This document shows positions 36,704 to 48,448 of a stretch of DNA of 64,000 bases, in pieces (positions within the stretch are counted from its first letter, which is position 1; the number at the start of each line of letters is the position of its first letter). The notes under the pieces were generated by a model that was not told the DNA's origin, searched no databases, and saw only the letters and a program-made list of their open reading frames with translations. Source of the stretch: Actinomycetes bacterium (GTDB lineage Bacteria; Actinomycetota; Actinomycetes; S36-B12); assembly GCA_014190275.1 (NCBI GenBank), contig BJGE01000002.1, positions 21,038-85,037 on the forward strand, given 5' to 3'. The translations under genes were made by a program, and so were the position numbers.

Positions 36704-37941
36704 TGTCGATCTCGACCCGCGTGCTGCTGACCGACCGTAGGTTTCAGAAGCTGTTCATCGCGCGAACAATAAGCAACATTGGTAACGGCATCGCCCCTAT
36801 CGCTTTGGCTTTTGGGATCTTGGATCTTGAAGGTGCAACTCCAACCTCACTTAGCTTGGTGCTGGCTGCGCAAGCCTTGCCAATGGTGATCGTGCTGCCG
36901 ATCGGCGGTGTTATCGCCGATCGCCTTGGGCGTGCCCGCGTTATTGCTTCCAGTGACATTGCCATCAGTTTGGTGGTCGCGGTCATGGGAATGCTCTTCA
37001 TCACCGGCACGGCCACGGTGCCACTTCTCCTAGTCCTATCCGCTATCTCCGGGGCGCTGAATGGCCTTTGGTACCCGGCCTACCCAGGTTTGGTACCCGA
37101 TGTCGTCGATGACGATCACCTGCAACCGGCCAATGCGTATATCAGCGTCGCGAGCAATGCCGGTTTGATTGTCGGCAGTGCGGTGGGCGGCTTACTGGTT
37201 GCACTATTTGGCTCTGGTTTGGCAATCATGGTCGATGCCGCATCGTTCTTGGTGGCAGGCTTCTTGGTATTCACGTTCCGACGTGCGTCCAAGCCGCACT
37301 CATCGGGTGAATCAATGCTGGGTGATCTAACGCACGGCTGGCGAATATTCATCTCATATAAGTGGGTTGTTGCGGTTGTGCTGTCATTTAGTATCGCGGT
37401 GATGGTGATCCGCGGAGTTGAGGAAGTCATGGGCCCGGTGTTGGCCAATGAGTCTTATGGCGGGCCGGCCGGCTGGGCGTTCGTGCTCGGCTCCATGTCG
37501 GTTGGCTTGTTGATCGGTGCGGTAGTGGCCTCGAAGATCCATGCCTCGCGGCCCCTGCTTTTCGGCATGATCATTTCCTTCGCCTTTCCGCTTTGGGTGC
37601 TGTCATTGGCCTTCACCGCGCCGCTTTGGGTGGTGGCGGTGGGAGCCCTTGTCTGGGGAATCGCAATCGAGTTGTTCATGGTGCTTTGGTTCACCGCGCT
37701 CCAGACGCATATCCCGCGCGATGCGCTGTCGCGAGTCTCCGCCTATGACGCCATGGGCACCTTGATGTTCGGGCCAATCGGGTTGGCCTTAGCGGGCCCG
37801 CTCATTGCCTTCGTCGGTCTCAAGACCGGCTTCTTCTTGGCTGCCGCCATCGTCGTGCTTGCGCTCTTGGGGGGCCTACTCTCAAAATCCCTGCGAGATC
37901 TGCGGGCGGTGCCACGTAACACGGGCGCAATAATCGGGTGA
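36700..37941 (+). CDS. MFS transporter
   Basis: From the ATG at 36700, which overlaps the trmH stop (ATGA), it has about 12 hydrophobic segments. The GGVIADRLGR loop motif is present. Confidence 0.8.
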   Translation: MMSISTRVLLTDRRFQKLFIARTISNIGNGIAPIALAFGILDLEGATPTSLSLVLAAQALPMVIVLPIGGVIADRLGRARVIASSDIAISLVVAVMGMLFITGTATVPLLLVLSAISGALNGLWYPAYPGLVPDVVDDDHLQPANAYISVASNAGLIVGSAVGGLLVALFGSGLAIMVDAASFLVAGFLVFTFRRASKPHSSGESMLGDLTHGWRIFISYKWVVAVVLSFSIAVMVIRGVEEVMGPVLANESYGGPAGWAFVLGSMSVGLLIGAVVASKIHASRPLLFGMIISFAFPLWVLSLAFTAPLWVVAVGALVWGIAIELFMVLWFTALQTHIPRDALSRVSAYDAMGTLMFGPIGLALAGPLIAFVGLKTGFFLAAAIVVLALLGGLLSKSLRDLRAVPRNTGAIIG

Positions 37942-37987
37942 AATAATCTCGAAAGCTCTTAACCGGTGACCTACAGTCGGAGTCTTG

Positions 37988-39010
37988 ATGCCAATCGCAT
38001 CCCCCGAGGTGTATGCCCAGATGCTCGACCGCGCGAAAGCCGGCAAGTTCGCCTATCCAGCGATCAACTGCACCTCTTCGCAGACAATCGTCGCGGCGAT
38101 GCGGGGATTCGCCGAAGCTGAGAGCGATGGCATCGTTCAGGTGTCGTGGGGCGGCGCGGAGTTCGCATCAGGCCAGAAGGTGAAAGACATGGTGGCCGGC
38201 GCGACGGCTCTTGCCGAGTTCGCGCACTCCATCGCCAGGCATTACGACGTCAACATCGCCCTGCATACCGACCACTGCCCGAAGGACAAACTGCCGGGCT
38301 TCATGGAACCACTGCTTAAGATCTCGCAGGATCGAGTGGCCCGAGGGTTGGAGCCGTTGTTCCAGTCGCACATGTGGGACGGGTCGGCGGTGCCGCTGAA
38401 GGAGAACATGGAGATTTCGCAGCGCCTGCTTGACGAGTCTGTCAAGGCTCGGATAATTCTTGAGATTGAGATCGGTGTTGTCGGTGGGGAGGAGGACGGG
38501 ATCGAGGCAACCCATGACGCCAAGTTGTTCTCCTCTGTGGAGGACGGCCTCACAACGGCCGATGCACTCGGCCTAGGTGAGCGCGGCCGCTACCTGGTTG
38601 CCGCAACGTTCGGGAACGTGCACGGTGTCTACAAACCCGGCAATGTGGTGCTCACGCCTACCATCCTGAGAGATATCCAGGATGCCGTTGGTGCAAAGTA
38701 CGGCAAGGACAAGCCATTTGACCTGGTTTTCCACGGTGGGTCCGGCTCATTGCTAAGTGAAATCCGTGAAGCACTTGATTACGGCGTGGTGAAGATGAAC
38801 ATCGACACTGATACGCAGTACGCCTTCACGCGACCGGTGGTCGATCACATATTCAAGAACTATGACGGGGTATTGAAGATCGACGGCGACGTCGGCAACA
38901 AGAAGCTCTACGACCCGCGCTCATACGGCAAGGCTGCCGAGGCAGGGATGGCCGAGCGCGTGACCCGTGGCTGCGAGGACCTGCGGTCCAGCGGCACGAA
39001 ACTGCGTTGA
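37988..39010 (+). CDS. fbaA: class II fructose-bisphosphate aldolase
   Basis: The translation has MPIASPEVYAQML...AYPAINC...HTDHC...FHGGSGS, which is canonical class II FBA. Confidence 0.92.
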   Translation: MPIASPEVYAQMLDRAKAGKFAYPAINCTSSQTIVAAMRGFAEAESDGIVQVSWGGAEFASGQKVKDMVAGATALAEFAHSIARHYDVNIALHTDHCPKDKLPGFMEPLLKISQDRVARGLEPLFQSHMWDGSAVPLKENMEISQRLLDESVKARIILEIEIGVVGGEEDGIEATHDAKLFSSVEDGLTTADALGLGERGRYLVAATFGNVHGVYKPGNVVLTPTILRDIQDAVGAKYGKDKPFDLVFHGGSGSLLSEIREALDYGVVKMNIDTDTQYAFTRPVVDHIFKNYDGVLKIDGDVGNKKLYDPRSYGKAAEAGMAERVTRGCEDLRSSGTKLR

Positions 39011-39040
39011 GTAACTTGCTGCCCTCTTGGGCGAACTGAA

Positions 39041-40486
39041 CTACTTGGGTCCGGTCGAGGTCTCGAGCTTGCGCCCGCGCACATAAGTCTCGGTGAGTGC
39101 CTTCTCGCGTGCCAGCATGATCACCGCGAAAAGGAAGGCGTCACGCCGGGTGGTGGGGTCGTCAGACTGGTGCATGCGGGTCAGGGTCTGGTCGTACATG
39201 TCCCACTTGCTTGGGTCCAGCACCACGAAGTCGGCTTCCTTTCCGATATCGAAGTTTCCCGTACGGTCTTCAAGGGCGAGGGCGCGCGCTCCGGCAAGCG
39301 TGCCGGTGAAGAGCAGTTCTGCCGGATGCAGCGACAAGGACTGGTCATCACTTGGGTAGGGATCGATGCCGACCGGCTGCCGTTCGGAGATGTGCACCTT
39401 GAAGCAGGAGTTGAGCACCTGCGGAATGAACCACTCATCGCCCGCCCCCCAGTCGCTGCCAATTGCGATATTGACCCCCGAGGCCACGGTGCGCTTCCAG
39501 GGCAATGTTCCGGACCCCAGGAACAGTTGCGAGACCGGGCAGTGGGCAATCGAAGTGCCGGTCTCGGCCATTCTGGCGAGTTCGGCATCGGTGCAGTGCA
39601 CCGAGTGCGCCATGACGCTGCGCGGGCCAAGCAGGGTCTTGCCCCCGACCTTCGACCCCGGCAGGAATTTGCCGTCATAGGTATCGAGATAGCTGTCAAC
39701 TTGATAGACCGCTTTGGTGCTGTCGATCTCACCGGTGCCGGGTCGCGCATTCTCATTTAGATGGGAGGTGAAGTAGACGCCTTTGTCACGGTATTCGTCG
39801 TAGAGATCCCCGAGTGCCGCGAGAGTCGTCGGAGTGACGGACAAGCTGAAGCGCGGCACTATTGCGACAAATTGGAGTGCATGCCGCCGCTCCTCGGCAT
39901 CGAGGGGGTGCCACTTCTCGATTTCCTCGCGGGTGAGCCTGATGGCATCTGCTTCACTTGTCATCAGCAGGTGGCCGGAATCCGGCCCCGTGGTCTGGAT
40001 GCCACGACCAGCGACGATGCGCAGACCACGATCCCGAGCCTCCTCGAAGAGAAAGTCCTGTGCGTGCGGGAAAGCAGATCCGAAAATGAGGCCATTTGTC
40101 GTGCCCGCGGCGATCATCCGGTCGACCCATTCGACGGCTGCCGCCTTCGCGTATCCGCGGTCCTGCAACTTCGATTCAGAGGGGAAGATGCAGTTGTTCA
40201 GCCACTCCAGCAACTGGCCGCCGCCGTATGAGTCACCGCACCACACCTGCGGAAAATGCATATGGGTGTCAACGAAGCCTGGCAGCAAGAACGCACCATG
40301 GTGGTCAACCGTGGTAGCAGTGGCAAACTCTGCGGGTAACTCCGACCAAGAACCGCACCATGTTATGACGCCCTTGTCGTCAACGACTAGTGCGCCGTCC
40401 TGGTAATGCGCCAGATTGGCCACTGCCTCGGTCACCAGTGGTGATCCAGCGATGTGGAAGATATGGCCGCGGTGCACTGTCATCAT
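39041..40486 (-). CDS. amidohydrolase, guanine-deaminase-like
   Basis: The ATGATG at 40486 is preceded by AAGGAGAA. Motifs FVDTHMHFPQ, SHLNEN, AHSVHC, HCPVSQLFLGSG and IGSDWGAG parallel the GuaD metal-binding blocks. The upstream 63 codons of the listed ORF are judged non-coding. Confidence 0.7.
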   Translation of the reverse strand: MMTVHRGHIFHIAGSPLVTEAVANLAHYQDGALVVDDKGVITWCGSWSELPAEFATATTVDHHGAFLLPGFVDTHMHFPQVWCGDSYGGGQLLEWLNNCIFPSESKLQDRGYAKAAAVEWVDRMIAAGTTNGLIFGSAFPHAQDFLFEEARDRGLRIVAGRGIQTTGPDSGHLLMTSEADAIRLTREEIEKWHPLDAEERRHALQFVAIVPRFSLSVTPTTLAALGDLYDEYRDKGVYFTSHLNENARPGTGEIDSTKAVYQVDSYLDTYDGKFLPGSKVGGKTLLGPRSVMAHSVHCTDAELARMAETGTSIAHCPVSQLFLGSGTLPWKRTVASGVNIAIGSDWGAGDEWFIPQVLNSCFKVHISERQPVGIDPYPSDDQSLSLHPAELLFTGTLAGARALALEDRTGNFDIGKEADFVVLDPSKWDMYDQTLTRMHQSDDPTTRRDAFLFAVIMLAREKALTETYVRGRKLETSTGPK

Positions 40487-40515
40487 TTGATTCTCCTTGT
40501 AAGGATTGCGGTGAA

Positions 40516-41538
40516 TTACTGCGACATTAACGCGGGATCCCATGTGGTGAGAAGGGCGAAAATTAGAATACAGACGGCGTAGAGCCCGACCATTAAAGCG
40601 GCTCCGAGGGCGGTCCGCTTGGTGGCCGCAGCCTCCGGCGGAACGAGCCACCAGTTTAGTGCCCTGGAGGCCCACGGGATGAGCAGGAATCCAGTTACGG
40701 CAACGCTCACTAGATTACCGATGAAGACAGCGACAGCGGCCTCAAAGTGCAGATCGAAGGTCAGCTTGTTCAGGGTGAAAATCTCGATCATCACGATTGG
40801 ATAGAGCACGAGGAGCACGATCGAACTTAGTTTCCAGGCGGGCGGTGGCTTGGCGCCGCGCTCGGAGCGGGCGAACCAACTCTCGAAGGCGGAGTTGGCG
40901 GTGCGCACGTCATATCTCTCGATATAAGGAGCGGACTCCGAAACCAGCGCCTTGCGCTCGGGGCTGTCTGTCCAGGCGCGTAGATGCTCTGATGTGTCGA
41001 AGGCGATGATGGCGACCCAATCGGCATTAACACCGGGTATTGGTGCCTGCACGCGTTGGCCGACATACCCCGGGAACTGCTGCTGCGCGGCACCGATCCG
41101 CCCTTGCCACTCGGCGAACCATGAGTCTTGGCCGGCTTTGACGCGAGTGGTGATTACCGAAGTGACACCGACGGCATCGACGCCTAGCACCGGTAGCAGG
41201 ATGTTGGTTATTGGCTTTACTGAGCACATCTGGGCAAGACCGGATTCGAAGGCCTCGCGGTCAGGGCTCGCAAGCCAGGTTTTCGCAGCCTGCGCGTTGC
41301 TGAACCGCCGCACCACGGTCTGCTGGTCACCGGACGGATCATTGTGCATTTCAGAGCCGCTATATAAGGGAGAGCCCGCCAGCGCCAGCGAAATCTCACC
41401 CTGAGCCCGGGCAAAGGCCTCGTGGGTGCCCGGTGCGAGCTGATAGTGGGTTACTACTGAGGCGCCCGCGGGCGCAGCCGGTGATTGGTCCACAGGCGCA
41501 AAATAGCAGTCGAATCGGGCCCCCACCACCTGCTTCAA
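40516..41538 (-). CDS. membrane-anchored protein with two ABM (antibiotic biosynthesis monooxygenase-like) domains
   Basis: It has two ferredoxin-like ABM-type segments, the second being VITTRVKAGQDSWFAEWQ...VAIIAFDTSEHLRAWTDSPERKAL. Three C-terminal TM helices follow. Confidence 0.5.
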   Translation of the reverse strand: MKQVVGARFDCYFAPVDQSPAAPAGASVVTHYQLAPGTHEAFARAQGEISLALAGSPLYSGSEMHNDPSGDQQTVVRRFSNAQAAKTWLASPDREAFESGLAQMCSVKPITNILLPVLGVDAVGVTSVITTRVKAGQDSWFAEWQGRIGAAQQQFPGYVGQRVQAPIPGVNADWVAIIAFDTSEHLRAWTDSPERKALVSESAPYIERYDVRTANSAFESWFARSERGAKPPPAWKLSSIVLLVLYPIVMIEIFTLNKLTFDLHFEAAVAVFIGNLVSVAVTGFLLIPWASRALNWWLVPPEAAATKRTALGAALMVGLYAVCILIFALLTTWDPALMSQ

Positions 41539-41612
41539 TGCAATGGCGTTAGATTCCGGAATCAGGGAGCGGTTCTCAGGTCAGGTAGTAGTTCACAGGT
41601 TGGAGTTTTTCG

Positions 41613-42020
41613 ATGAGTGTTGGTCACGATTTACTCGGCGGGCCACCGCCGACCTTCCTGCCAATTGACACGGGGGCCGTAACGGCACTTGCGGCCGGTG
41701 ACCCCCCGGATTCGGTAGCGCGCGCCTACCCAACCAGCTCACTGGCCTGGGCAGCCCTCAGTGATCAGGCCTGGACGGCGGGGGCCGTCGTTGAGTCGTA
41801 CGCCTTCGCCCGCGTTGGCTATCACCGCGGGCTTGATGCACTGCGCCGGGCCGGCTGGAAGGGCCACGGCCCGGTGCCTTGGAGTCATGAGCCCAATCAG
41901 GGTTTCCTGCGGTGCCTGCGCGCCCTGGGCCGTGCTTCCACTGCGATCAATGAGACCGACGAAGCAGATCGCATCAGTGCCTTTCTCAGTGACTGCGACC
42001 CGAGTATTCCGGCTGCGTAG
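41613..42020 (+). CDS. DUF3151 domain protein
   Basis: ESYAFARVGYHRGLDALRRAGWKGHGPVPW...NQGFLR matches the conserved actinobacterial DUF3151, as I recall it from neighbourhoods near fba and purA. Confidence 0.65.
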   Translation: MSVGHDLLGGPPPTFLPIDTGAVTALAAGDPPDSVARAYPTSSLAWAALSDQAWTAGAVVESYAFARVGYHRGLDALRRAGWKGHGPVPWSHEPNQGFLRCLRALGRASTAINETDEADRISAFLSDCDPSIPAA

Positions 42021-42023
42021 TAC

Positions 42024-44335
<2,312 letters not shown>

Positions 44336-44351
44336 TGGACAGGAGCACGCC

Positions 44352-44936
44352 TTGAAGATCTACGTGCAGTGGCCGATGCCGGCTGACACGGTTTTGGCCG
44401 GTAGCAACGTCACCTTGACCCTTGCTCAAGAAAGTGATGCGGCTGAATTATTCGCGGCGCTCGATCACGATTCAGTTTGGACCCATGTACGCGGCCGCCC
44501 GGATTCCGTCGGTGCGTTGACCGATGCGTTGGGAGCGGCCAATGAAGTCGGCCGCTGGCCTTGGGTCGTCCGGCAAAACGGTGAGGTGGTGGGCACCACG
44601 TCCTATCTGGAGGTGGCACCCGTTGATGCCAGACTCCAAATCGGCTTCACCCTTTATGCGCCAGCGGTCTGGGGAACGGTGGTCAATCCCGAATGCAAGC
44701 TACTGCTGATGACCTGGGCCTTCGAAGTGTCCGGGATGGGTCGCGTGCAACTTAATACCGATATCCGAAATGTGCGCAGCCAAGCGGCCATCGCCCGGGT
44801 TGGCGCTACCAAAGAAGGGGTGCTTCGCCGGTACCAGCGCCGTCAGGATGGCTCGGTACGCGACACCGTCGTGTATTCGGTGCTGGCCGATGAGTGGCCG
44901 GCGGTGAAGGCCGGGTTACTGGCGAGGCTGCCCTGA
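44352..44936 (+). CDS. GNAT family N-acetyltransferase (RimJ/RimL-like)
   Basis: It has an acetyltransferase fold pattern (RWPWVVRQNGEVVGTTSY...NVRSQAAIARVGATKEG). A TTG at 44352 follows AGGAG, and ATG at 44376 is an alternative start. Confidence 0.6.
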   Translation: MKIYVQWPMPADTVLAGSNVTLTLAQESDAAELFAALDHDSVWTHVRGRPDSVGALTDALGAANEVGRWPWVVRQNGEVVGTTSYLEVAPVDARLQIGFTLYAPAVWGTVVNPECKLLLMTWAFEVSGMGRVQLNTDIRNVRSQAAIARVGATKEGVLRRYQRRQDGSVRDTVVYSVLADEWPAVKAGLLARLP

Positions 44937-44950
44937 GGCCGAAGGCATCA

Positions 44951-44993
44951 TGATGCTTGAAACATTGATGCTTTGATGCTAATGGGCTAGGAT
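44951..44993 (+). promoter_or_regulatory. three direct TGATGCT repeats overlapping a TTGATG-17 nt-TAGGAT promoter upstream of vapB
   Basis: TGATGCT occurs at 44951, 44966 and 44974. The -35-like TTGATG lies at 44965 and the -10-like TAGGAT at 44988. The ATG at 45000 is 6 nt after the -10 box, so the transcript would be leaderless. Confidence 0.3.
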
Positions 44994-44999
44994 TTGGGT

Positions 45000-45287
45000 A
45001 TGCGAACCACTTTGACCTTGGACGATGATTTGGCCCTGGCGCTCCAAGAGGAATCTCGTAATACCGGACAGCCCTTTAAGACCGTGCTGAATCGGTACCT
45101 TCGGCGCGGCATGGCCGTGGCCCCCGCTCCTCGAGCACCCGTCGTGGTGCGCACCTTTGACGCGGGAGTTCGGGAGGGAATAGACGTCACCAAAGCTCTA
45201 GATCTGGTGGCGGAGATGGATGATGAGCACCTGCTTGCGGTCACGGCGCGATTAACGGCGGCAGCGGCTCAAGATGATCATTCCTGA
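45000..45287 (+). CDS. vapB: type II antitoxin VapB (ribbon-helix-helix-like)
   Basis: The N-terminus MRTTLTLDDDLALALQEESRNTG is typical of RHH-like VapB antitoxins. It overlaps the PIN gene by 14 nt. Confidence 0.7.
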   Translation: MRTTLTLDDDLALALQEESRNTGQPFKTVLNRYLRRGMAVAPAPRAPVVVRTFDAGVREGIDVTKALDLVAEMDDEHLLAVTARLTAAAAQDDHS

Positions 45288-45702
45288 TGCGAACCTGCTG
45301 ATTTATGCGGCTGACGTTAGATCAGTCTTTCACGAGCGCGCGCATGCTTGGTGGACTGGCGCCTTAAACAGTGACGAGGCGCTCGGGTTGAGTTGGCTGG
45401 TCCTAATCGCTTACGTGCGGATGTTGTCATCCCCCCGGATAACAATCAACCCGATCGGGGTAAGTGACCTATTGGCGGCAGTGGAAGAGTGGCTCGACTT
45501 GCCGTCGGTGCAGGTACTCCAACCAACCCGCAGGCACCCGCAGGCCCTACGTTCGCTGCTGGTCCCTACCTCAGTGGGCGGGAATCTGGTCAACGATGCG
45601 CATTTAGGAGCACTGGCACTGGAGTTCGGGGGCACCGTGTATTCCGCAGACTCCGACTTTGCCCGCTTCCCCAGTATTCGTTGGGTGAACCCACTTAAAT
45701 GA
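45274..45702 (+). CDS. vapC: type II toxin VapC (PIN domain)
   Basis: The translation has MIIPDANLLIYA...NDAHLGALALEFGGTVYSADSDFARF, with the PIN acidic residues in place. Confidence 0.8.
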   Translation: MIIPDANLLIYAADVRSVFHERAHAWWTGALNSDEALGLSWLVLIAYVRMLSSPRITINPIGVSDLLAAVEEWLDLPSVQVLQPTRRHPQALRSLLVPTSVGGNLVNDAHLGALALEFGGTVYSADSDFARFPSIRWVNPLK

Positions 45703-45787
45703 GCGCCCCGAAATATGCTGAACCTTGGCCCGGTTCTAAAGTGCTGGATAGCAACTGACCGAGAAGAATAGTGACAGGGAGCCCACC

Positions 45788-47134
45788 ATGACATTCACCG
45801 CCGACCCAGCCGAGGGCAAGCGCGTCTTTGACCTAGACCGAGCCCATGTCTTTCACTCCTGGAGTGCCCAGGGCGCCCTGAACCCGTTCACGCCGGCAGC
45901 GGCCGAGGGTTGCTATGTGTGGGATTACGAAGGTAACCGCTACCTGGATTTCTCCTCGCAGTTGGTGAACGTCAACATCGGCCACCAGCACCCAAAGGTC
46001 GTCAAGGCGATTCAAGACCAGGTTGCGGTAATGGCAACCATCGCCCCGCAGCATGCCAATGACAAGCGCGGCGAGGCCGCCAAGTTAATCGCCGACCTAG
46101 CACCCGATGGCATGAACAAAGTCTTCTTCACCAACGGCGGCGCTGACGCGAATGAGAACGCCATTCGGATGGCGCGTATTCACACCCACAAGCACAAGGT
46201 GCTTTCCTTCTATCGCTCGTACCACGGCAACACCGGAGCCGCGATTGCCGCGACAGGTGATCAACGGCGTTGGCCAAATGAATACTCAACCCAGCACGTG
46301 CACTTCTTCGGCCCCTTCCTTTACCGTTCTGTTTTCTGGGCGAAGTCAGCCGAAGAAGAGTCAGCGCGCGCCTTAGAGCACCTAGAGCAGGTAATCATTT
46401 TCGAAGGGCCAGCCACGATCGGCTGCATTTTGATCGAGACCGTCGTCGGCACCGGTGGCATCCTGGTGCCACCCCCGGGCTATCTCGCCGGCGTTCGCGC
46501 ACTTTGCGATAAGTACGGCATCGTCCTGATCCTTGATGAGGTAATGGCCGGGTTCGCGCGCACCGGCAAGTGGTTCGCCTTTGACAACTTTGACGTCAAG
46601 CCCGACCTCATTGTTTTTGCCAAGGGCTCGAACTCCGGCTATGTGCCGGTGGGCGGCGTGGTGATCTCCGATGAGATCGCGGCGACATTCGATACCAAGG
46701 TTTTCCCCGGTGGCCTCACCTACTCCGGTCATCCCCTTGCGGCCGCCTCCATCGTGGGCTCGATCAATGCGATGAAAGAAGAAGGCGTGGTCGAGAACGC
46801 AGCGGCCATCGGCACGGATGTCATCGGGCCTGGGCTACTCGAACTCCAAGAGCGCCACCCGGTTATCGGCGAAGTGCGAGGCTTGGGCGTGTTCTGGGCG
46901 ATTGAATTGGTCTCGGACCGAAAGACCAAGGCCCCGTTGGCGGAGTACCCGGGCACCTCCCCGGCGATGGCTGAAATCGTGGCCGAGTGTCGTAAGCGCG
47001 GCTACCTGCCATTCTCGATCATGAATCGGGTGCACGTGGTGCCACCGTGTGTAGTCACCCCTGAGCAGGCCAAGGAAGGCCTTGCGATCCTTGATGAAGT
47101 TCTAACACTGACAGATAAGCACTACGTCGGCTGA
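45788..47134 (+). CDS. class III (omega-type) aminotransferase
   Basis: It has class III blocks (FFTNGGADANE and ILDEVMAGFARTGKWFA) and is 448 aa long. Confidence 0.85.
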   Translation: MTFTADPAEGKRVFDLDRAHVFHSWSAQGALNPFTPAAAEGCYVWDYEGNRYLDFSSQLVNVNIGHQHPKVVKAIQDQVAVMATIAPQHANDKRGEAAKLIADLAPDGMNKVFFTNGGADANENAIRMARIHTHKHKVLSFYRSYHGNTGAAIAATGDQRRWPNEYSTQHVHFFGPFLYRSVFWAKSAEEESARALEHLEQVIIFEGPATIGCILIETVVGTGGILVPPPGYLAGVRALCDKYGIVLILDEVMAGFARTGKWFAFDNFDVKPDLIVFAKGSNSGYVPVGGVVISDEIAATFDTKVFPGGLTYSGHPLAAASIVGSINAMKEEGVVENAAAIGTDVIGPGLLELQERHPVIGEVRGLGVFWAIELVSDRKTKAPLAEYPGTSPAMAEIVAECRKRGYLPFSIMNRVHVVPPCVVTPEQAKEGLAILDEVLTLTDKHYVG

Positions 47135-47138
47135 GTGC

Positions 47139-48407
47139 GTGAAAGTCCTCGTCATTGGCTCCGGTGCCCGTGAGCATGCTCTGGTCAACTCGTTATTGCA
47201 TGACGATGAGGTCGAACAAGTTAGTTGCGCACCGGGCAACGCGGGAATAGCAGGGGTTGCTGATACCTATCCGGTGGATCCCCTTGACCCCGAGGCGATC
47301 GGTGAACTGGCCCTTAATCTAGTTGTCGACCTCGTGGTGATCGGCCCTGAAGTCTCACTTGTTGCAGGTGCCGCCGATGCTGTTCGTGATCGCGGCATTG
47401 CCTGCTTTGGTCCGTCGGCCGCGGCCGCGCAATTGGAGGGTAGTAAGGCGTTTGCGAAGCAGGTGATGGCCGAGGCCGATGTTCCAACAGCGCTAGCGCG
47501 AGTCTGCTCAAATATTGCTGAAGCTTCAGCGGCCATGGATCAATTCGGCGCGCCATATGTCGTGAAGGATGACGGTTTAGCTGCAGGCAAAGGCGTTGTG
47601 GTGACAAATGATCGCGATGAGGCGCTTACCCACGCCCTTTCATGTTTCTCGCGTGCAGTTGGTGCGCAAGTAGTTATCGAGGAATTCTTGGATGGCCCCG
47701 AAGTTTCACTTTTCGGCATTACCGATGGCACCACCATCGTGCCGCTGCAGCCGGCGCAAGATTTCAAGAGAGTCCGCGACGGTGACGCAGGCCCGAACAC
47801 CGGTGGCATGGGTGCCTACTCACCTTTGCCGTGGGCTCCCGAGAACCTGGTGGCTGATGTAGCGAAGCGCGTGCTACAGCCGATGGTTGATGCGATGCGT
47901 AATCGGGGCACGCCATTTGTTGGCCTGCTCTATGCCGGATTAGCCCTGACGTCCCGGGGCACCCGAGTCATTGAATTCAATGCGCGCTTCGGTGACCCGG
48001 AGACCCAAGTGGTGCTCGCCCGGTTGGCTTCACCCCTGGGTCGGGTGCTGATGGCCGCCGCCACCGGGCGGCTCGCTGATTTACCGCCACTTGCCTGGCG
48101 CCAGGAGTCTGCCGTCACTGTTGTCATCGCGGCGCATAACTACCCCGAGACCCCCCGCACCGGTGACCTGATCTTTGGGGTCGCTGCGGCCAATGAGGTT
48201 CCCGGCGTGAACGTCCTGCACGCTGGAACCGCAGTTAACCCGAAGGGCCAGCTGGTGTCGGCCGGTGGCCGGGTGCTCTCGGTCACGGCCACCGGGGATC
48301 AGCTCGCGCAGGCCCGCGAGCGGGCGTACGGGGCAATTGCCCTGATCACCTTGGCCGGGTCGCATTTTCGTACCGATATTGCGGCGATTGCCAGCGCATC
48401 GGGGTAG
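47139..48407 (+). CDS. purD: phosphoribosylamine--glycine ligase
   Basis: The translation begins MKVLVIGSGAREHA from a GTG start, and has an ATP-grasp core and the PNTGGMGAYSP block. Confidence 0.93.
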   Translation: MKVLVIGSGAREHALVNSLLHDDEVEQVSCAPGNAGIAGVADTYPVDPLDPEAIGELALNLVVDLVVIGPEVSLVAGAADAVRDRGIACFGPSAAAAQLEGSKAFAKQVMAEADVPTALARVCSNIAEASAAMDQFGAPYVVKDDGLAAGKGVVVTNDRDEALTHALSCFSRAVGAQVVIEEFLDGPEVSLFGITDGTTIVPLQPAQDFKRVRDGDAGPNTGGMGAYSPLPWAPENLVADVAKRVLQPMVDAMRNRGTPFVGLLYAGLALTSRGTRVIEFNARFGDPETQVVLARLASPLGRVLMAAATGRLADLPPLAWRQESAVTVVIAAHNYPETPRTGDLIFGVAAANEVPGVNVLHAGTAVNPKGQLVSAGGRVLSVTATGDQLAQARERAYGAIALITLAGSHFRTDIAAIASASG

Positions 48408-48448
48408 AATTTCGCCGATTTTTCCGACGCGAGCAAAGGGGAGCAGCC

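Noticed and set aside
40487-40675. The listed 544-aa amidohydrolase ORF has a 63-codon N-terminal extension.
   Set aside because: The extension (MGLQGTKLVARSAGGCGHQADRPRSRF...) overlaps the 3' end of the upstream ABM gene and has no homology-like features. A strong AAGGAGAA ribosome-binding site precedes the ATGATG at 40486, where the conserved amidohydrolase N-terminus begins.
48408-48448. I looked for a cyclic-di-AMP (ydaO-type) riboswitch upstream of the M23-like cell-wall gene.
   Set aside because: The intergenic space is only about 40 nt, and I saw none of the conserved ydaO sequence blocks.
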